From a virus (taxonomy: Duplodnaviria; Heunggongvirae; Uroviricota; Caudoviricetes), in the IMG/VR virus record IMGVR_UViG_3300021166_000052, positions 133,424-197,423 of that record: a stretch of DNA of 64,000 nucleotides. One strand, given 5' to 3'. The first letter of the stretch is position 1. Every line of letters starts with the position of its first letter. The notes under the pieces were generated by a model that worked only from the letters and a program-made list of their open reading frames with translations, was not told the origin of the DNA and ran no database searches. The position numbers and the translations under genes were made by a program. Below are positions 1-14,198 of the stretch, piece after piece.

Positions 1-2
1 AT

Positions 3-179
3 GATTAGAATGCAGGTTTAATTGAACAAATACCACCTAAATAGGAATAGCAGACATTATCTGATTATGCCAATGGTATTGGTGGAAATTTAAATTGTGT
101 AAAAGATTATTTACAAGTTCCAAGTATATTAGGTGATATACTCATAGATTAGAAGCGCGGTGTATTTATTAAAAGTTAA
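3..179 (+). CDS. 3' end of a TAG-recoded hypothetical protein upstream of the tape measure gene (partial)
   Basis: Frame 3 is open to TAA 177-179 apart from four TAGs: D*NAGLIEQIPPK*E*QTL...LID*KRGVFIKS. Confidence 0.6.
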
Positions 180-216
180 TTAATTTATAATAAATTACAT
201 TAATTGGTATTAACAC

Positions 217-3200
217 ATGGCGACAAATAATCAAAATACTCCCATTACGAATCAACCGATTCTTCCACATGATGATGCAATCGAGAATTTAGATCAATTT
301 AGTTCTCATTTAAATTCTGCTAATAGTGGATTTAATAATTTCATCGGACAAATAGGAAATTTATCTAGTACAATTCGTGGTTTAGATAGATCAATTCTTA
401 ATAATTCCTCATCATTAGGGAGTGGTTTATCTAATTTAGCAAATGCTAGTAGATTAGGTCCAAACCAACAACGTCAAAATATAAGACCAAATTACAATCC
501 TACAACTCCATTTATGCCAGATTTTGGAAATCTATTTCCTACAGATTTTCAACATCCTGCAATGGCAAAAGCATTACAAAGTAATTTCAGATCATCAAGG
601 CCCGATACATTAGGTGGACAAATTGGTCAAAGTTATACCGCAGATGCTAATAAAAATTTATTACAATTAGGTCATACATTAAATCCATTATCATTTATGC
701 AATATTCAATGATGTATGGTGCATCATTCCCAGTGCAGATGAAAATGGCCGAAACTATAACTCGCCCAGTTACAGATGTAAATCAACAATTTGATACAAT
801 GAAATCATTTACTGGTGGATTTACTGGCATTGGTGAAGCTATCAAAGGATTTTCATCTCAAATGAAATCACCATTTCAAATGTATGAAGGTTTATATCAA
901 TCTAAAATAATGTTATCTTCTGCATTAGGGGGTGATAAAGCATCAAATATGGCAGTAACTAATGCTATGAAAATGGCTCGGGAATATCCAGTTAAAACTG
1001 AGCAAGTATTATCATCATTATCTCGATTAGCAGTATACCCAGAAGTTAAACCAAATCTACAAAATTCTGATTTCCAAAAGAAACTAATGGAAACTGTATC
1101 AGGACTATCACTTATTGTACCTGAACAAGGTATGGAAGGTGCAATGTTTTCGTTAGTTGAAGCTATGTCAGGAAATTAGCGTTCTATGCAGATGAGATTT
1201 AATATTTCACCGGAAGTTGTTCAGTCTATGGCTGGAATGACTAAAGGTGAAATGTCATCAGATCCCGCTAAGTTGATTACTGGATTACATTCATTCGTAG
1301 GAAAAGCTGTCGGTCTTGATGTATTAGAAAAACAAAAATTTACATTTTCAAAACAAGTAGATAACTTTGGTGACTCGTTACAATTATTAACTAAAGAGGT
1401 ATTTGAAAAAACAGATTTATATAAATCTATTACAGGTGGAGCAGCAGTATTTCAAACAGGATTTTCATCACTTGCTAATAATAAAGATTTTACTAATTAT
1501 ATAGGTGGTATATTTCAACCATTTCAATCTAAATTTGATGGGGCTTTTGCTAAATTTTCTGGAGTAGGTATTGGTGCATATAAATCTATGCCCATGTCAG
1601 AAGTATTGGCAGCCATGGAAAAAAACTTTTCTAATTTATCAATGGATGATATTGGAGGACGATTTGATGTTCTAATTGGGGAAATTGGTGAAGTTTGGAA
1701 AGATACTACCATGAAACTAGATGATATTATGAATAGTAAAATGGGAAGTGTTCTTGGTAATATAGGTGGAGACATAGCCAGAGTTGCGAGTAATTCATTT
1801 AACGGTGTAGTGTCTGCTGTATTAACTGGAGTTAAGGATTCATTTATGGATAACCCAATGAATATTTTAGCACCAATTGCAATGATGACTGTACCATTAG
1901 GTGTTACATTAGGTGTAGCACAATTACTTCCTACATTAATGAGTAGAGCAATCGAAAATAATTCATTTGGTAAAATGGCAGGTAAAGCTGGTAATTTTAT
2001 GTAGGGAACCAGTAACACCCAAGCTGGTGATATGTTATCATCACAATATAGACAACAACTTAAAAGTGCTGCTAAAAATCATTCATATGGTAGCATGTCA
2101 AATCTACATCAAACTGATAGAATTGCAGGAGAACAATTTACTAAAGTAAAACCTTCTAATTTAAATAAAATGATTAACATCCATGGAACAGAATTAGATA
2201 AAGCTGCTGTATCACTAAGACAGGATATTATGAAGGATGTGGACATATCAATATTACGTGAACATGATAAACGTGCATCTTCTAGTGGATCTCCAAAAGA
2301 AGGCCGATCTACTAAAAGAGTAGTTGATGACACCATCAAACGGGCATATGATCCTGCTAATATGACCAATGCTGAACGCAATATATTAAATGCCCACACT
2401 GAAAAATTAAGAAAAGCTGGATTTAATGATACGCAAATTTCTAAAATGAGTCAGGCAAGAAATTTAGAAGCCGTCCGTATGATCGAAGATGAAAACTTTT
2501 TAGCGGGTAAAGGTAGACAATTATTACCAGAAGATCATATTAAGTTAAAACGTTTAGTTAATGTTCCTCAATATAAATATAGTATGGAACAAAATACTGC
2601 TGATAGAATTAGAAATTTGCAACAACAAGGTAGATTAGCACCGGGTGAATTGCCATTTCAAGCAGGCGATGAAGTTACAGCACGACGTGCTGGGGGATTA
2701 AATTCATATCAGAAAAGATTCAATGGTATTAATGATGATATGAAATTATCACAATTTTATAATGATGTTCAAAATAATAAATTCACACCTAGACAATTAC
2801 AAGAATTTGAAAAAGTATCTGGTGTAAATGTTACAGCTAGAAATGGATTGGGTCAACGTATATTTCAACAAACACATTTAGATGCTTTGAAAACAGAAGC
2901 ATCTGGAGCTAGATCTGCTTATGATGAAGCTAGAGTAATACGAAATGGAATAAGTGATCGTTCTATTAGATATACAAATCCTCAACAAGGTGCAGTAGCA
3001 GAAAGATTTCCATTAGTTAATAGAGTATTACAAATGGAAAATGCTAAGAAACTATTTGCTGATCTTGGAAATTATGATATGAATAAACTAATGGGAGCTA
3101 AAACAGCAAATAGAATGTCCCGTTTAATAAATCAAAATGAAGGAGCGTTAAAAAATTTCACAGTAGATATAACTGATCCTAGTATGGAAAAGGCTATTGG

Positions 3201-6200
3201 AACAAATAAAGTGAATTTAGTCGAAGCTGTTAATACCCCACAATTTCAACAATATCAACGAGGGGGTATCAATGCATTATCAACTATGGATGCATCAGAT
3301 GCCAAAATTGCATTACGTGGTGATGCTGCCCTAAGAACAATAAGTGGTGATAGACAACTATTAAATCAAGTAACAGATGTGATGTCAACTGGTGGAGCTA
3401 GATTTGCTGGCTTATCAAGGATGTCAGAATTTGCATCATCATTAAAAAATACTCCGATATTAAGTGGCGCTGCTAAAGCTGGTGGTTTTGCACTACAAGC
3501 TATTGATCCTATTATAGTAGGTTCACAAGTATATGAAATTGCTAAAGAAAAAGGAATGTCTACTCCTGCATCAGTTACAATGGCGGGGGGTGCTGCCGCT
3601 GCTGTCGGTGGGGGTATTTATGGAACATATAAAAACTTTTTAGGAAAAGCATTTACAAATTTAGCTGTAACACCGGCTACCGCCTCCGCAGCACAAACAG
3701 TTGCCGCAAAAGAAGCAGCAAAAGTAGCACTTCAGGGATCATTAATGAAAGCTGTTGGGTTGGGTGGTGCATTAACAGCATTAACAACAGGTTTAGAAAT
3801 TTATAAATCATCAGTCGCATCAGATAGTGCTATTAAAAAAGATAAAACTAAATATGATTCTGACTTAGAAATGTCATCTGGATTAACTGACACTCAGCGA
3901 AAAAGATTTTCAAAAATAAATAATGAAGTAACTGATACCGAACGGTCAAGTCAGGGAATGAAGTCACTTGCTAATTATGGTGCATTAAAAACAGGACTGA
4001 TTGTTGGTGGTTCATTGTTAGCTGGTTTAGCAACAGGTGGTATTGGTACAATGGCCGGCCTTGCTTTGGCTGGTGGTGGTGCTACATGGGCTGGGACCAG
4101 TTATTTTGGTGGTAGTGGTAAAACATCAGAAAATACTAAAGAAATGCAAAATACAATTAAAGGTGTTACTAATAGTGTTTCGTTCTATGAAAATAAAATA
4201 ACTGATTATGATAAAACCATTTCTACTTTAGAATATGCTAAACAATCAGGCGGTGGATTAACCGCTGCTGAATATTCTAAATTGGGTGACACTAAAGTAC
4301 AACGACAACTAGCATTAACTAATAAAAATTCACAATTGAGTCAAGTAAATACACTTGGTGATATTTATGATAATAAGCAGATACAAGAAACCCCTTAGTT
4401 TTTGAAAGTTGGTGGTGCTGAATCTAGTATTGATATGATAGATACTGAAAATGAACAAAAAAAACAATTAGGTAATACTAAATCATATCAACTTAATTCA
4501 TATTTAAAACAAGATAAACGAATTGCACCCCAATCTGCAATCGGAGATTATTTAGGAATTGCTACATTCGATGTAAGTGCTAAAGATGAACTCAATACTA
4601 AATTAAAAACTGCATCTGATAAGGGAGATAAACAAGAAGTTGGTGCAATATTAGATCGTGATCTTGATAATAATAAAAGAATTTCGAAACGTTTTGATTA
4701 TGCTGTTAATAATGCAGATATAAATAATGCAGACCAAATGGAAATATTACGTTCCTCTGAAGTTAATAGAGTTTCTAATATGGCGGTTCCATTAGGTAAT
4801 AAACAAGATATGGAAACGTTTAAAGGAAAGAATCAAGCATTTTTAGTTGGTGAAGCCATTAAATATAATGTACTTGGTTCTATATCTCCTAATAAAAATT
4901 CTCGTAACTTATATACATCATTAGAAACTGCATATGGTAATAAATTAAGTTCTATTGGTGTATCTAATCCATATGATGTTGTTAAACAAACACAGGATCA
5001 ATTTTTACAAACAGGACAACCTGAAAGAGATAAACTATTTAATACTATGGATTTTAGTTTACAAAATAAACTAAAATCTGCTGGTATAACTAATATGGAT
5101 CAATTAGGATCTATGGATTCAAAAGAAGTTGGGAAAAAACTACGAGCATCTGGATCTTCTATGTAGACGTGGGAAGAAGACGATATTAAAGAAGTTCAAG
5201 GTAAATATAATTCATCTAAAGGAGATGCTAAAGCACAATATAATGATATTCAAAATACAGCAGTGAGATCATTGTTTGGTGCTGTAGGTGGTGCTAGTGG
5301 TGTAAAAGCTACAGATGAATTAACTAAAAATCAAAAATTATATGAAGGTGTAAGTTTATCAAATTTATCACAAAACGAACAAGCTAATGTTGGTATACAA
5401 TTAAATCGACGCAGAGAAGCAATTGATTCCATTAAACAAACTGGTGGTAAAGATTTTGATGCACTTGTACAATCAGTATTTAAAGGAAAAGAAACTACTG
5501 AAAGTGTGTTGAAAGATGATGCCAAATTAACTCAATTACGTGAATCTGGTGAATATAAAGAAGTTAAATTTGATAATATTAGGAATGCGATGGATTCTGT
5601 TGCAGTAACATCGGTTGCCATGGACGCCGCAATGAATACCACTAAAGAAACAGTTGAGAAACGGTTTAATAATGCTCTTGAAAAAGCAAGTGATGCAGTG
5701 ACTAATTTTCAAGCTGGTGGTATCGAACCCGGTAAATTTGCACAAACAACCGGCCCATTATTTGAAGAAATGAAAAATTCTATTGGTTCATTAAAAAATA
5801 GTGGTATTTTAAAACAAAATATAGCCGGTCAAGATTTTAATACACTAATGAAAAATAATAAATCATTTGAAAATGTTGCAACATCATTAGGTATTACGTC
5901 AGCAGAAGGATTAACTCAACGAGATTCAAATGGATTAACTGGTTTGACACGTATTATGCAATCTGGTTTATCTGATACAGCTACAATGGTTAAATTGAGT
6001 GAGATATCTGGTGGTTATACAACAGGACAAAAGCAAATTAGTGAAGCTGGTGCATTAGGAATGGAAGCAGCTAAAAAAACAGGAGCATTATCATTTAAAG
6101 CATCAGCATCTGGATCAGAAGAATTTGATATTGCTACTCAACAAACTACATTTGATTTTAAAAATAGAAAAAAATTACGTGATGCAAATATGCAGGAAAT

Positions 6201-7857
6201 GAAATATTATGCATCAGCTTATGTAAATGCTCAAACACCAGAAGAAGCAAAAACAGCTCTTACTGCATATGAAATGGCTTCTCAACAAGGTAGTAAATTA
6301 GGAAATAATGAGTTAATGAAGAAGTATGGTATTGGTGCTGATTATAATAAATTAACGGATAAGGTAACTAACGCAGCGGTGGGACATACATTAAGTATAC
6401 CAACACAACTAGCAATTACTGGAGGCGTTCCACAAATACCAACTGCTATTAGTGATGATCCAGCTAAAGAAAAATTAAAAGAAACACTACAAGCAAAATA
6501 GAAAGAAGCAGGAACACAAATATCATCTCCACCAGAATCTATACAATCAGGTGGTGTAATATCAAAAATGTTACCAACTTCAATAACACCAATACCACAA
6601 GGTGAAACTATTGGATCAACTGGTAATATACCAACAATATTACCGGCTACTAAGAAAACAAAACCTGATGTATATGATGATAAAGTTGTTGATATTACTC
6701 CTTTTAATGTAAAAACTCCAGTTGGTGATAGTAGTAATAAACTACCAAATACACCAACAGGTGCATTTTCTGAAATAGGAAGTTGGGTCGATAAAGATAA
6801 TCAAAAACATTCAATTCATTCAAGTGAATTACAAAATACATCTGGTGGTCCTAGTATGACTAGAACCCCATGGAAAGATAAATTCGGAAGTGAATATAAA
6901 GAAGTTAATGGATCGTTTGTACCAGTATCAGAAAATAAATTTCCAGATAGTGGATATTTATCAAATGATGCAATTGGTAATCCAACCAACACAGTACCAT
7001 TGCCATTACGTAATTCTAAGTTAACACAGTTACCTAGCATGAATACTTAGAATAAAAATATAATTTCTGAAGAACAAAAACCAGAAGAAGGTGTTCCTAC
7101 CATAACACCAACTATGAAAAAAATTGATCCTAATATATATGAAGATAATGCTGCAAATTTATATCCATCTAGTGTTAAAACACCAATGACATCTAAACAA
7201 GATCAGAATGCAGCAGAACTACAAGAAAGAGTTCCCGGCCTGATAGGAAATGCTAGTGATTGGGTTGCTGGTAAAGTTGGAGGATTATTAGGGGGGGAAA
7301 ATCAATCACCTGATATACAAGCTAAAGTAATCCCTAATTTAGACGAGACACAGTTACAACCTATTGATATTCAAGGGAATGTAAAAGTTAATCAATCTAA
7401 TATGGACACTATACAAACTGATGTTATGTCAAATTTACCAGAAACAGGGAACCCTTATGCGGCTTTTGCTGATATAGCTCCGATATCACAACCACAATCA
7501 CCTGTTGGAAGTAATATTATAAATACTTTAGGTGATATGACACAACCTGATTTTAATGTTACTGGTATGAAATCTTTTACAGATGCAATTAATAAACAAA
7601 CATCTGCTATAACAGAAACTGTACCATCCGCTCAAAGTAATTTATTTAGCGCGGGTATAACAAGCGAAGCAACGTCGCAAGTAACACGGCCAGACGTGGC
7701 TACAACTTCACTTGCACCGTACTTTGATACTGGGAGTGGCGCGGTCGGAAGTCAAGCAGCAGCGGCCAATTTAGCGGCATTAGAGGCCCTAACCAACCAA
7801 GGCCCAGCGTTGGCCCCAGCGAGAGAAGATTTATTAAATTTTAACATCGGAGCATAA
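217..7857 (+). CDS. Tail tape measure protein, 2546 aa when six in-frame TAG codons are read through
   Basis: Seven ORF-track pieces (217, 1186, 2032, 4402, 5263, 6568, 7114) share one frame, are separated only by TAG, and end at TAA 7855-7857. Ala/Gly/Ser-rich helical composition; tape-measure-like segment AMKMAREYP...GAMFSLVEAMSGN*RSMQMRFNI; hydrophobic Gly/Ala stretches. Confidence 0.85.
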
Positions 7858-7869
7858 GGTATTTGAAAC

Positions 7870-8388
7870 ATGATTAAAAAAAGTTCTTCATTATATAAAA
7901 TGCCATATTTTAACGTTGAAACTCAATCATTGAAATCAATTGATAGATTGAAAGATGATTATCAAGAAGTGGTATGTGTATGTGGTAGTGAATGTAGTGG
8001 GAATTATGAAGGATATAAATATAGTTTTAAATATCAAGCAAGTCCTACAATTGAACCAATATCATATAAGTTAAAGGGGTAGACTTGGGATGCCTCTTTA
8101 AATTATAATGATATTGGTATTGATGCAGAATCTCAAATAATGAATGAAATTCAGGCAAAATTAGTTGCACTAGGAACTAATGGTATTGAAACAAACATAT
8201 TAAATTCTATGTAGAACAAATTTAATAATTGGCAATTATCTGATAAAATATTTTAGAGAGTAAATAATATTATATATAAACAAGAAACATATGATGAATT
8301 AAATTATTTTAATACATTTATTCCATCATTTACGATTTCTTCTGAAATTTATATAGTTAATATCAATTAGTCTGTAGTACATTGGTAA
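7870..8388 (+). CDS. Hypothetical tail-region protein, 172 aa (4 TAG)
   Basis: Frame stays open past TAG 8080-8082 to TAA 8386-8388 and abuts the convergent gene that ends at 8389. Confidence 0.7.
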
Positions 8389-9558
8389 TTAAAATAAATT
8401 ATCTAAATCTATTTTGTAAAATTGTTTTATATTATATGTTAATATCTTACAAATTTCTTTAATTACTGTTTGTAATGTTTCATTATTTAGCTTTAGTTCA
8501 TCCAAATAATCATATATTTCTAAAATAAGCTAAAAATCTTTTTCTGTTATATTATATTTTTTAAATATATAATAAAATGAATCGATACTTGTTATATATA
8601 CAACCACATCATCTGAACTAGTAAAATCATTTAATCGATCAGAATCCCATTGCCCTTTTAAATAGTCTGCTTGTATGTTTTGTAGTTTTAATGCATTAGC
8701 TTGGATAGTTAACATTTTAATACTATCTGGATCATTATGAACTTTAGTATGATTTGGAAATACCATTATATATTTATAAACATTTATTAATACGTTAATA
8801 AATGTTTGTTTATCATCATCAGATGTTAATACGGTATTACTTATATAATAATCATTAAAAAAGTCTTCAAAACTAACATTAATAAATTTTAAAAATGCAT
8901 ATAATTTATTATCTGGTGTATAATAAATACTATTTATATATTTTCGTAATTTATTAAATTTATTAAATTTAATATTATTATCTTTAGTTGTAAAAATATC
9001 AGTTATTAATGATTGCATTTTATCAACTTCATTAATAATAATATTTTCTTTTTGTGAAAATATAGTCTCTAGTAATGATTTTGAATAAATATTTTTCTAG
9101 TTAAGGCTTTTACCATCTTTACTAAATAAACAGTTAATAACATCTGTCATTTGATATTTTGAATTTAATAAAAATTCATATTCATAATATCTAAAAAACA
9201 TTGATATTAAAACAATCTGTCTTATTGTTAATCCTTCTAATTTAGTAGTTATGTTATTACAATCTAATGATGAGTTTGTTTTGATACAATTATGAAAATA
9301 TATACAGCCGCCCTAAAAACATTCATTATTAGTTTGTCCGCATATTTTTTTATAATCACCGAATATATAACCTATTTCCTATCCAGTTTTATAAATTATA
9401 AAAAGAATTAAATTTAAATAAATATATTTATTCCAAATAATATTATCATCAACTATTAGTTTGTCATCAGATTTAAGCCCAACATTTTCATCATCTGTGC
9501 GCTTGCGTTTCTCATTTCCAGATTCTTGATCTGATGACTTTTTGATAAAAAATTTAGT
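8389..9558 (-). CDS. Downstream (-1) frame of a tail assembly chaperone pair (gpGT-like extension)
   Basis: Frame is open 9558 to 8389 with only TAG interruptions. Its first ATG is far inside (9201). It overlaps the 9456-9914 gene starting at a T-TTT-TTA slippery site and contains KTG*EIGYI and LTIRQI motifs. Confidence 0.65.
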
Positions 9559-9914
9559 TTATATATCACCCCCAATAAATATTTTAATTGATCGAATGAT
9601 ATGATGTCAGAACCATCTGGTATTTCCGGGAATAATGTTTTCATGAATTCATCAATTAAACCAGTATCTAATAGTTGTTTTGAAAGACTACCGAAAAACT
9701 CAGTAATACCTTGGTCTTTTTTATTAGCAAACACTTCATTATATTCAGTAAAATATTTAGACATGAAATGAAGTAATTCGAAGTATTTTTTAACGGGAAA
9801 TGGTTTAAGATCATATATATTAGTACCAATCGGTATATATTCACCTTTATCTGGTATCAATAATTCTTTGATATCTTCTGGAACAATATCAATTTTATCT
9901 ACTTTTGTTAGCAT
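9456..9914 (-). CDS. Tail assembly chaperone (gpG-like), 152 aa
   Basis: AAGGAG Shine-Dalgarno (SD) site upstream. The KLNFL codons AAT TTT TTA near the C-terminus form a slippery heptamer. Confidence 0.65.
   Translation of the reverse strand: MLTKVDKIDIVPEDIKELLIPDKGEYIPIGTNIYDLKPFPVKKYFELLHFMSKYFTEYNEVFANKKDQGITEFFGSLSKQLLDTGLIDEFMKTLFPEIPDGSDIISFDQLKYLLGVIYKLNFLSKSHQIKNLEMRNASAQMMKMLGLNLMTN
9546..9552 (-). promoter_or_regulatory. -1 programmed ribosomal frameshift site U UUU UUA
   Basis: X XXY YYZ heptamer in the correct phase, located just after the last TAA (9559-9561) of the -1 frame. Confidence 0.65.
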
Positions 9915-9923
9915 TTAATCTCC

Positions 9924-10571
9924 TTATGTTAATGACGTTGCTTTTAATGTATATAATTTATCTTGGCATGAAATGGAAATGGAATATAATTTATCCTAAT
10001 TTATAATACTTTGATTTGTATTAGTTTGGTTAATGCCAACATCACCAGATCCACCACTACTTACTCTTGGAAAATATACCCTATAAGTATTACTTAAACT
10101 ATAAGATGTATTTTTATAAACTTCAATATAACCTTTATCATTTACTAATGTAGTTTCACCATCTTCATCTGAACTACGAGTGGTACTGATTAAGCTAATA
10201 TCATGAGGGGCTAGTATTCTATTAATTACATTTACAGAGAATCTATTTTTAATAATTTTAAAAAATTCCTCTTCCTAAAATAAACCATTATTTCCAAACT
10301 TTAATCCATCCGCGTTCACTGTTATAGATACATCAAATACGTTTGGTGCTGTACAAGATGAAAACTATTGATTGATCCCATCAATATTAGCAGCTATATT
10401 AAACATTGATCTTTTATACATTTTTGACTATCCCGCATTTTGAACATACATTTCCATATCACTATTAAACTTCATAGTTTTAGATCCATATGTTTTAAGT
10501 GTCCAATTGGGACCGAATGTATTTATATCAACAATTGGTGGGATCGTTGTAGCATCATCTAAAAGTGACAT
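9924..10571 (-). CDS. Putative tail tube-like/structural protein, 215 aa (4 TAG), absent from the ORF track
   Basis: ATG 10571 to TAA 9924 with only TAG interruptions. Lies directly upstream of the chaperone pair, the usual position of a tail tube gene (inference). Confidence 0.6.
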
Positions 10572-10575
10572 GTAA

Positions 10576-11763
10576 TTATCCTAAATTATTAACTGCTAAA
10601 TAATCTTCTGTTGTGAAAATCATATCATCTATAACAAATATGTTATTTTTAATAAGATTTTGTAAAACATTATTATTATAATTTATATTATTAAAATTTT
10701 CTAAATTTTTAACTTTATTAACAATATATTGATCCATGTTATTTATTTTATAAGGATTAGAACTATAATAATATTGTTTTAATATTGAAAATGTATTACT
10801 AGTTATATTCATAATTTTACCGATGAATATAACAGTATCATTATAGATATCCTTAATATAAATAATATCATTTACATTAAATATATTATCAATTTTTTCA
10901 TATAAATCTAAATCAAAAGTTCCTGTAGTTACCGTGCTATTACCAATAACATTGATATGATAATTTATATTAGAATCATTTATATCAATTAAATATTTAT
11001 TTTTATTAATATTTATATATAATTCAAATTCCATTACTATTGTAGAATCATTTATTACATTAAACGTTTTTGCGTATGAGGAATATTTATCATTACCCGG
11101 ATTAGAATCACTAAATAGTTTGATTGTATATTCATTATTTGTTATCGAATCTTTTAATTGATAATCAGCTTTATAATAATTTAAATTAGTATCTACAAAT
11201 GTAAATAATTCTAAATAGGTTGGATATAATATACTTTTTGACGATACTTTATTTTGAGTTGGTATCTAAAAGCCCCCTGACGTATTATATTCTACATTTA
11301 AAACTTTAGAATCTCGTAATATATCCTTTTCTTCCGTTGATAATATATTATCCAGATTTTTATTTTCATAATCTAAAAATAAATTAGGGTATAATGATAT
11401 ATAATTTATAGTTGAATTTAAATTGGTCCCACTTTCTTGATTAATAGATTGGGTTTCTTTATAAAATGAAAAACATCTCACAAACTTTTGAACTATATTT
11501 ACCTTAACCATATTATCGGATATAAATTCCATATTATATGATACACATTCAGAAGTTCCAGCGTCAGTCCAATCCATTTCAAATTGTGGTGAAAATTGAT
11601 CATATTTATAAAGAATATTTAACATCGAATCGTTCATACAAATTAACAAATTATTATAAGATGCTTTATTATCAGATTGTAATATGTATGAAATATCCAT
11701 CCAATCAATATCACCTAATAAATATTTTAATGCGTTATCCTTTTGTTTTAATTTATAAATCAT
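10576..11763 (-). CDS. Hypothetical structural protein, 395 aa (1 TAG)
   Basis: ORFs 11266-11763 and 10576-11034 are in frame and joined through TAG 11266-11268 (SGGF*IPTQ). Confidence 0.7.
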
Positions 11764-11776
11764 CTTTTAAATAACC

Positions 11777-12730
11777 TTATATAATGATGAATATAGAGTC
11801 ACTTTCAATATTATTATTTATGTCATATATTGAAAATTTATCCCGTAGTGATAATTGTAACACTATTAAAAGTTTTTCCCCCGTGTAAGTTTTGTTATAT
11901 GATGTATATTTATTTAAAATATTATCAGTGAATGTATAATTAGTATTTTTTTGTAATTTAAAAATTTTATGTGGAATTATTTTAGTATTTGATGTTTTAA
12001 TAACACCTATTAATTTATTAGCAGTAGTAAGTTTATAATTTAAATCATTAATATCACTAATTAAATCTTTCATATAAATATATTTATAATCATTATAATC
12101 GTATACATATAAATTCAAATAAAATTTATCAATTATATTAGATAATAACACATATGAATCGGCTACTGTTGTAAAATTGAAAGCAATGGTGTAGTCGTTA
12201 GTATAATCTGTTATGACTGACAAGCGTTCGCTTAGAAAATCACCTAACTGTTCTCCAGTATTTAAAATAGTTGTGAAATTATTATACTGATTAAGTATTT
12301 TATTTTTATTGGTATTTAAATTGAACTATTTTTCTTCTAATAATTTATTATAAATTATAGATTGTGTGTTATTTTTTAAAGTATAATTGATACCATTAGT
12401 GGTCCATACCAATCGTAATGCAAATTTATTATCAGATACATGATTAGTAATAATAAAAATTGAATTATTATCAACAGTTTGTATCATTTCACCAACCCCA
12501 AATGATACGTTAGTATTGGAAGTTGGGAATAGATATAAATCTACAATACCATTTAATGTTATAGTGATACCACTCGTACTATCAATTGGCTTAGTTTCTA
12601 AAATAAGATAAATTGAATTCAATGTCATATTATCAGATACTGTTAGAAAGACCCCATTATCATCACTGGAATCAAATGTGTATTTATCAAAGTTCTTATT
12701 TATGATTAGGTTTTGCTTTTTTATATCCAT
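11777..12730 (-). CDS. Hypothetical structural protein, 317 aa (1 TAG)
   Basis: ORFs 12326-12730 and 11777-12223 are in frame and joined through one TAG. Confidence 0.7.
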
Positions 12731-12789
12731 GAAATGATAACCATACTATATTATATTTGTTAAATTAATTAAAAAACTAGATATTAATA

Positions 12790-13770
12790 ATGGGTGGCAA
12801 AATAGTGATAGATGATATTATAAAAACGTTAAATAATAATAACGAGTCACAATTAGATTTTACCAAAGATGTTAGTTGGATATTAAATAATAATACCAAT
12901 ACAAAATTATCAAAATCTATCAATATCACAATCGAAGAACCGATAAATAATAATTCTCGTAATTATATAGTAGATGATACCATTCCATTTGTGAAATTAA
13001 ATAATACCATATCGACTAAAAATGATTTATTATTAGCTGAAAATAATGATGTATTTTTACAACAAAGTTTGGCCAAAATGAAATCCCGCCAAACATTCGA
13101 ACAAAATCTATATATAAATAAGAGATATAATTTAACTGATATTATTTATGAAGATAATCTTATTATTACATTAAATAAAACTACTGGATTTAATGGTGCT
13201 ATTAAAGAAGCTATAAATAGAAGTGGGTCATTTAATATATATGATAATAGTAATAATTTAATATTTACATCAAATTTAATAAAAAATTATTTATATAATT
13301 CAGATATCAAAACATTTGTTTTAAATAATTTAAATAATACAACTAGTAAACGAAAATTAAATATTTCATATATAAAAAATAATAATAATATACCGATAAA
13401 AGTTATTGATGGTGAGATTATTAAAACATTACCAGAATATAGTCTAAATAGTTTTATGGTTGATATTAAATTGATAAATAATAATATATTAAAATATATT
13501 ATACAACCAGCAAATAAAAGTGAATCTTTATCTACTACATATACTGATTATGTTTTAACATTGGGGTTTTTATTTGATGTAGTAACAAATGATAAATTTC
13601 CTATAAATTTTATTTAGAATAATAGTAACATAAACGTATCTAGTAATAGTAGAATGATAAATTCTAAATTAAAATATAAACTATATATTACTGGAAACCA
13701 ATCATCTAATGATTTTTATAATAATTGTATGAATGGTTATTATAAAAACATTTATTTTATTTTTATATAA
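12790..13770 (+). CDS. Hypothetical protein, 326 aa (1 TAG)
   Basis: Reads through TAG 13615-13617 to TAA 13768-13770, which overlaps the AAGGAG SD of the next gene. Confidence 0.7.
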
Positions 13771-13778
13771 GGAGTATA

Positions 13779-14198
13779 ATGATATTTTTTAATAATAGTT
13801 GTTATCGGGGATATGTATGTGGTAATGTAATTAAAACAAATTTAATATATAAGCTCACAGACTTTGAAGAAATATTAGTTCCTCATATAAGGAAAACTAT
13901 ATTAAATACTGAAATAATTTTAATATTAAATAAAATGTTTACACCTATTACTGGTAATGATCCAAATTACCCATATGAATGTGATACATATAATAAAGTA
14001 ATGTTTGATCATGTAAAAGGGGATGGTTGTATTTTATATAATAATGATAAATATATAGCGAATGATTTTATAGATTTATATAAAAGTTATAGTTTTACAA
14101 AAAATGATGTAATTTTATTCGAAGATTGTATTGAATATCATGAAGAATTTATAAAGGATACTGATAATGTCAAAAATGCTAACACAGATAATATATGA
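13779..14198 (+). CDS. Hypothetical protein, 139 aa
   Basis: SD AAGGAG upstream; ends in TGA. Confidence 0.65.
   Translation: MIFFNNSCYRGYVCGNVIKTNLIYKLTDFEEILVPHIRKTILNTEIILILNKMFTPITGNDPNYPYECDTYNKVMFDHVKGDGCILYNNDKYIANDFIDLYKSYSFTKNDVILFEDCIEYHEEFIKDTDNVKNANTDNI

Noticed and set aside
1524..7040. Minus-strand ORFs within the tape measure gene (1524-2018, 2109-2399, 5331-5525, 5536-5745, 6816-7040) and similar antisense or alternate-frame ORFs elsewhere
   Set aside because: They are shadows of the long real genes, with no recognisable motifs.
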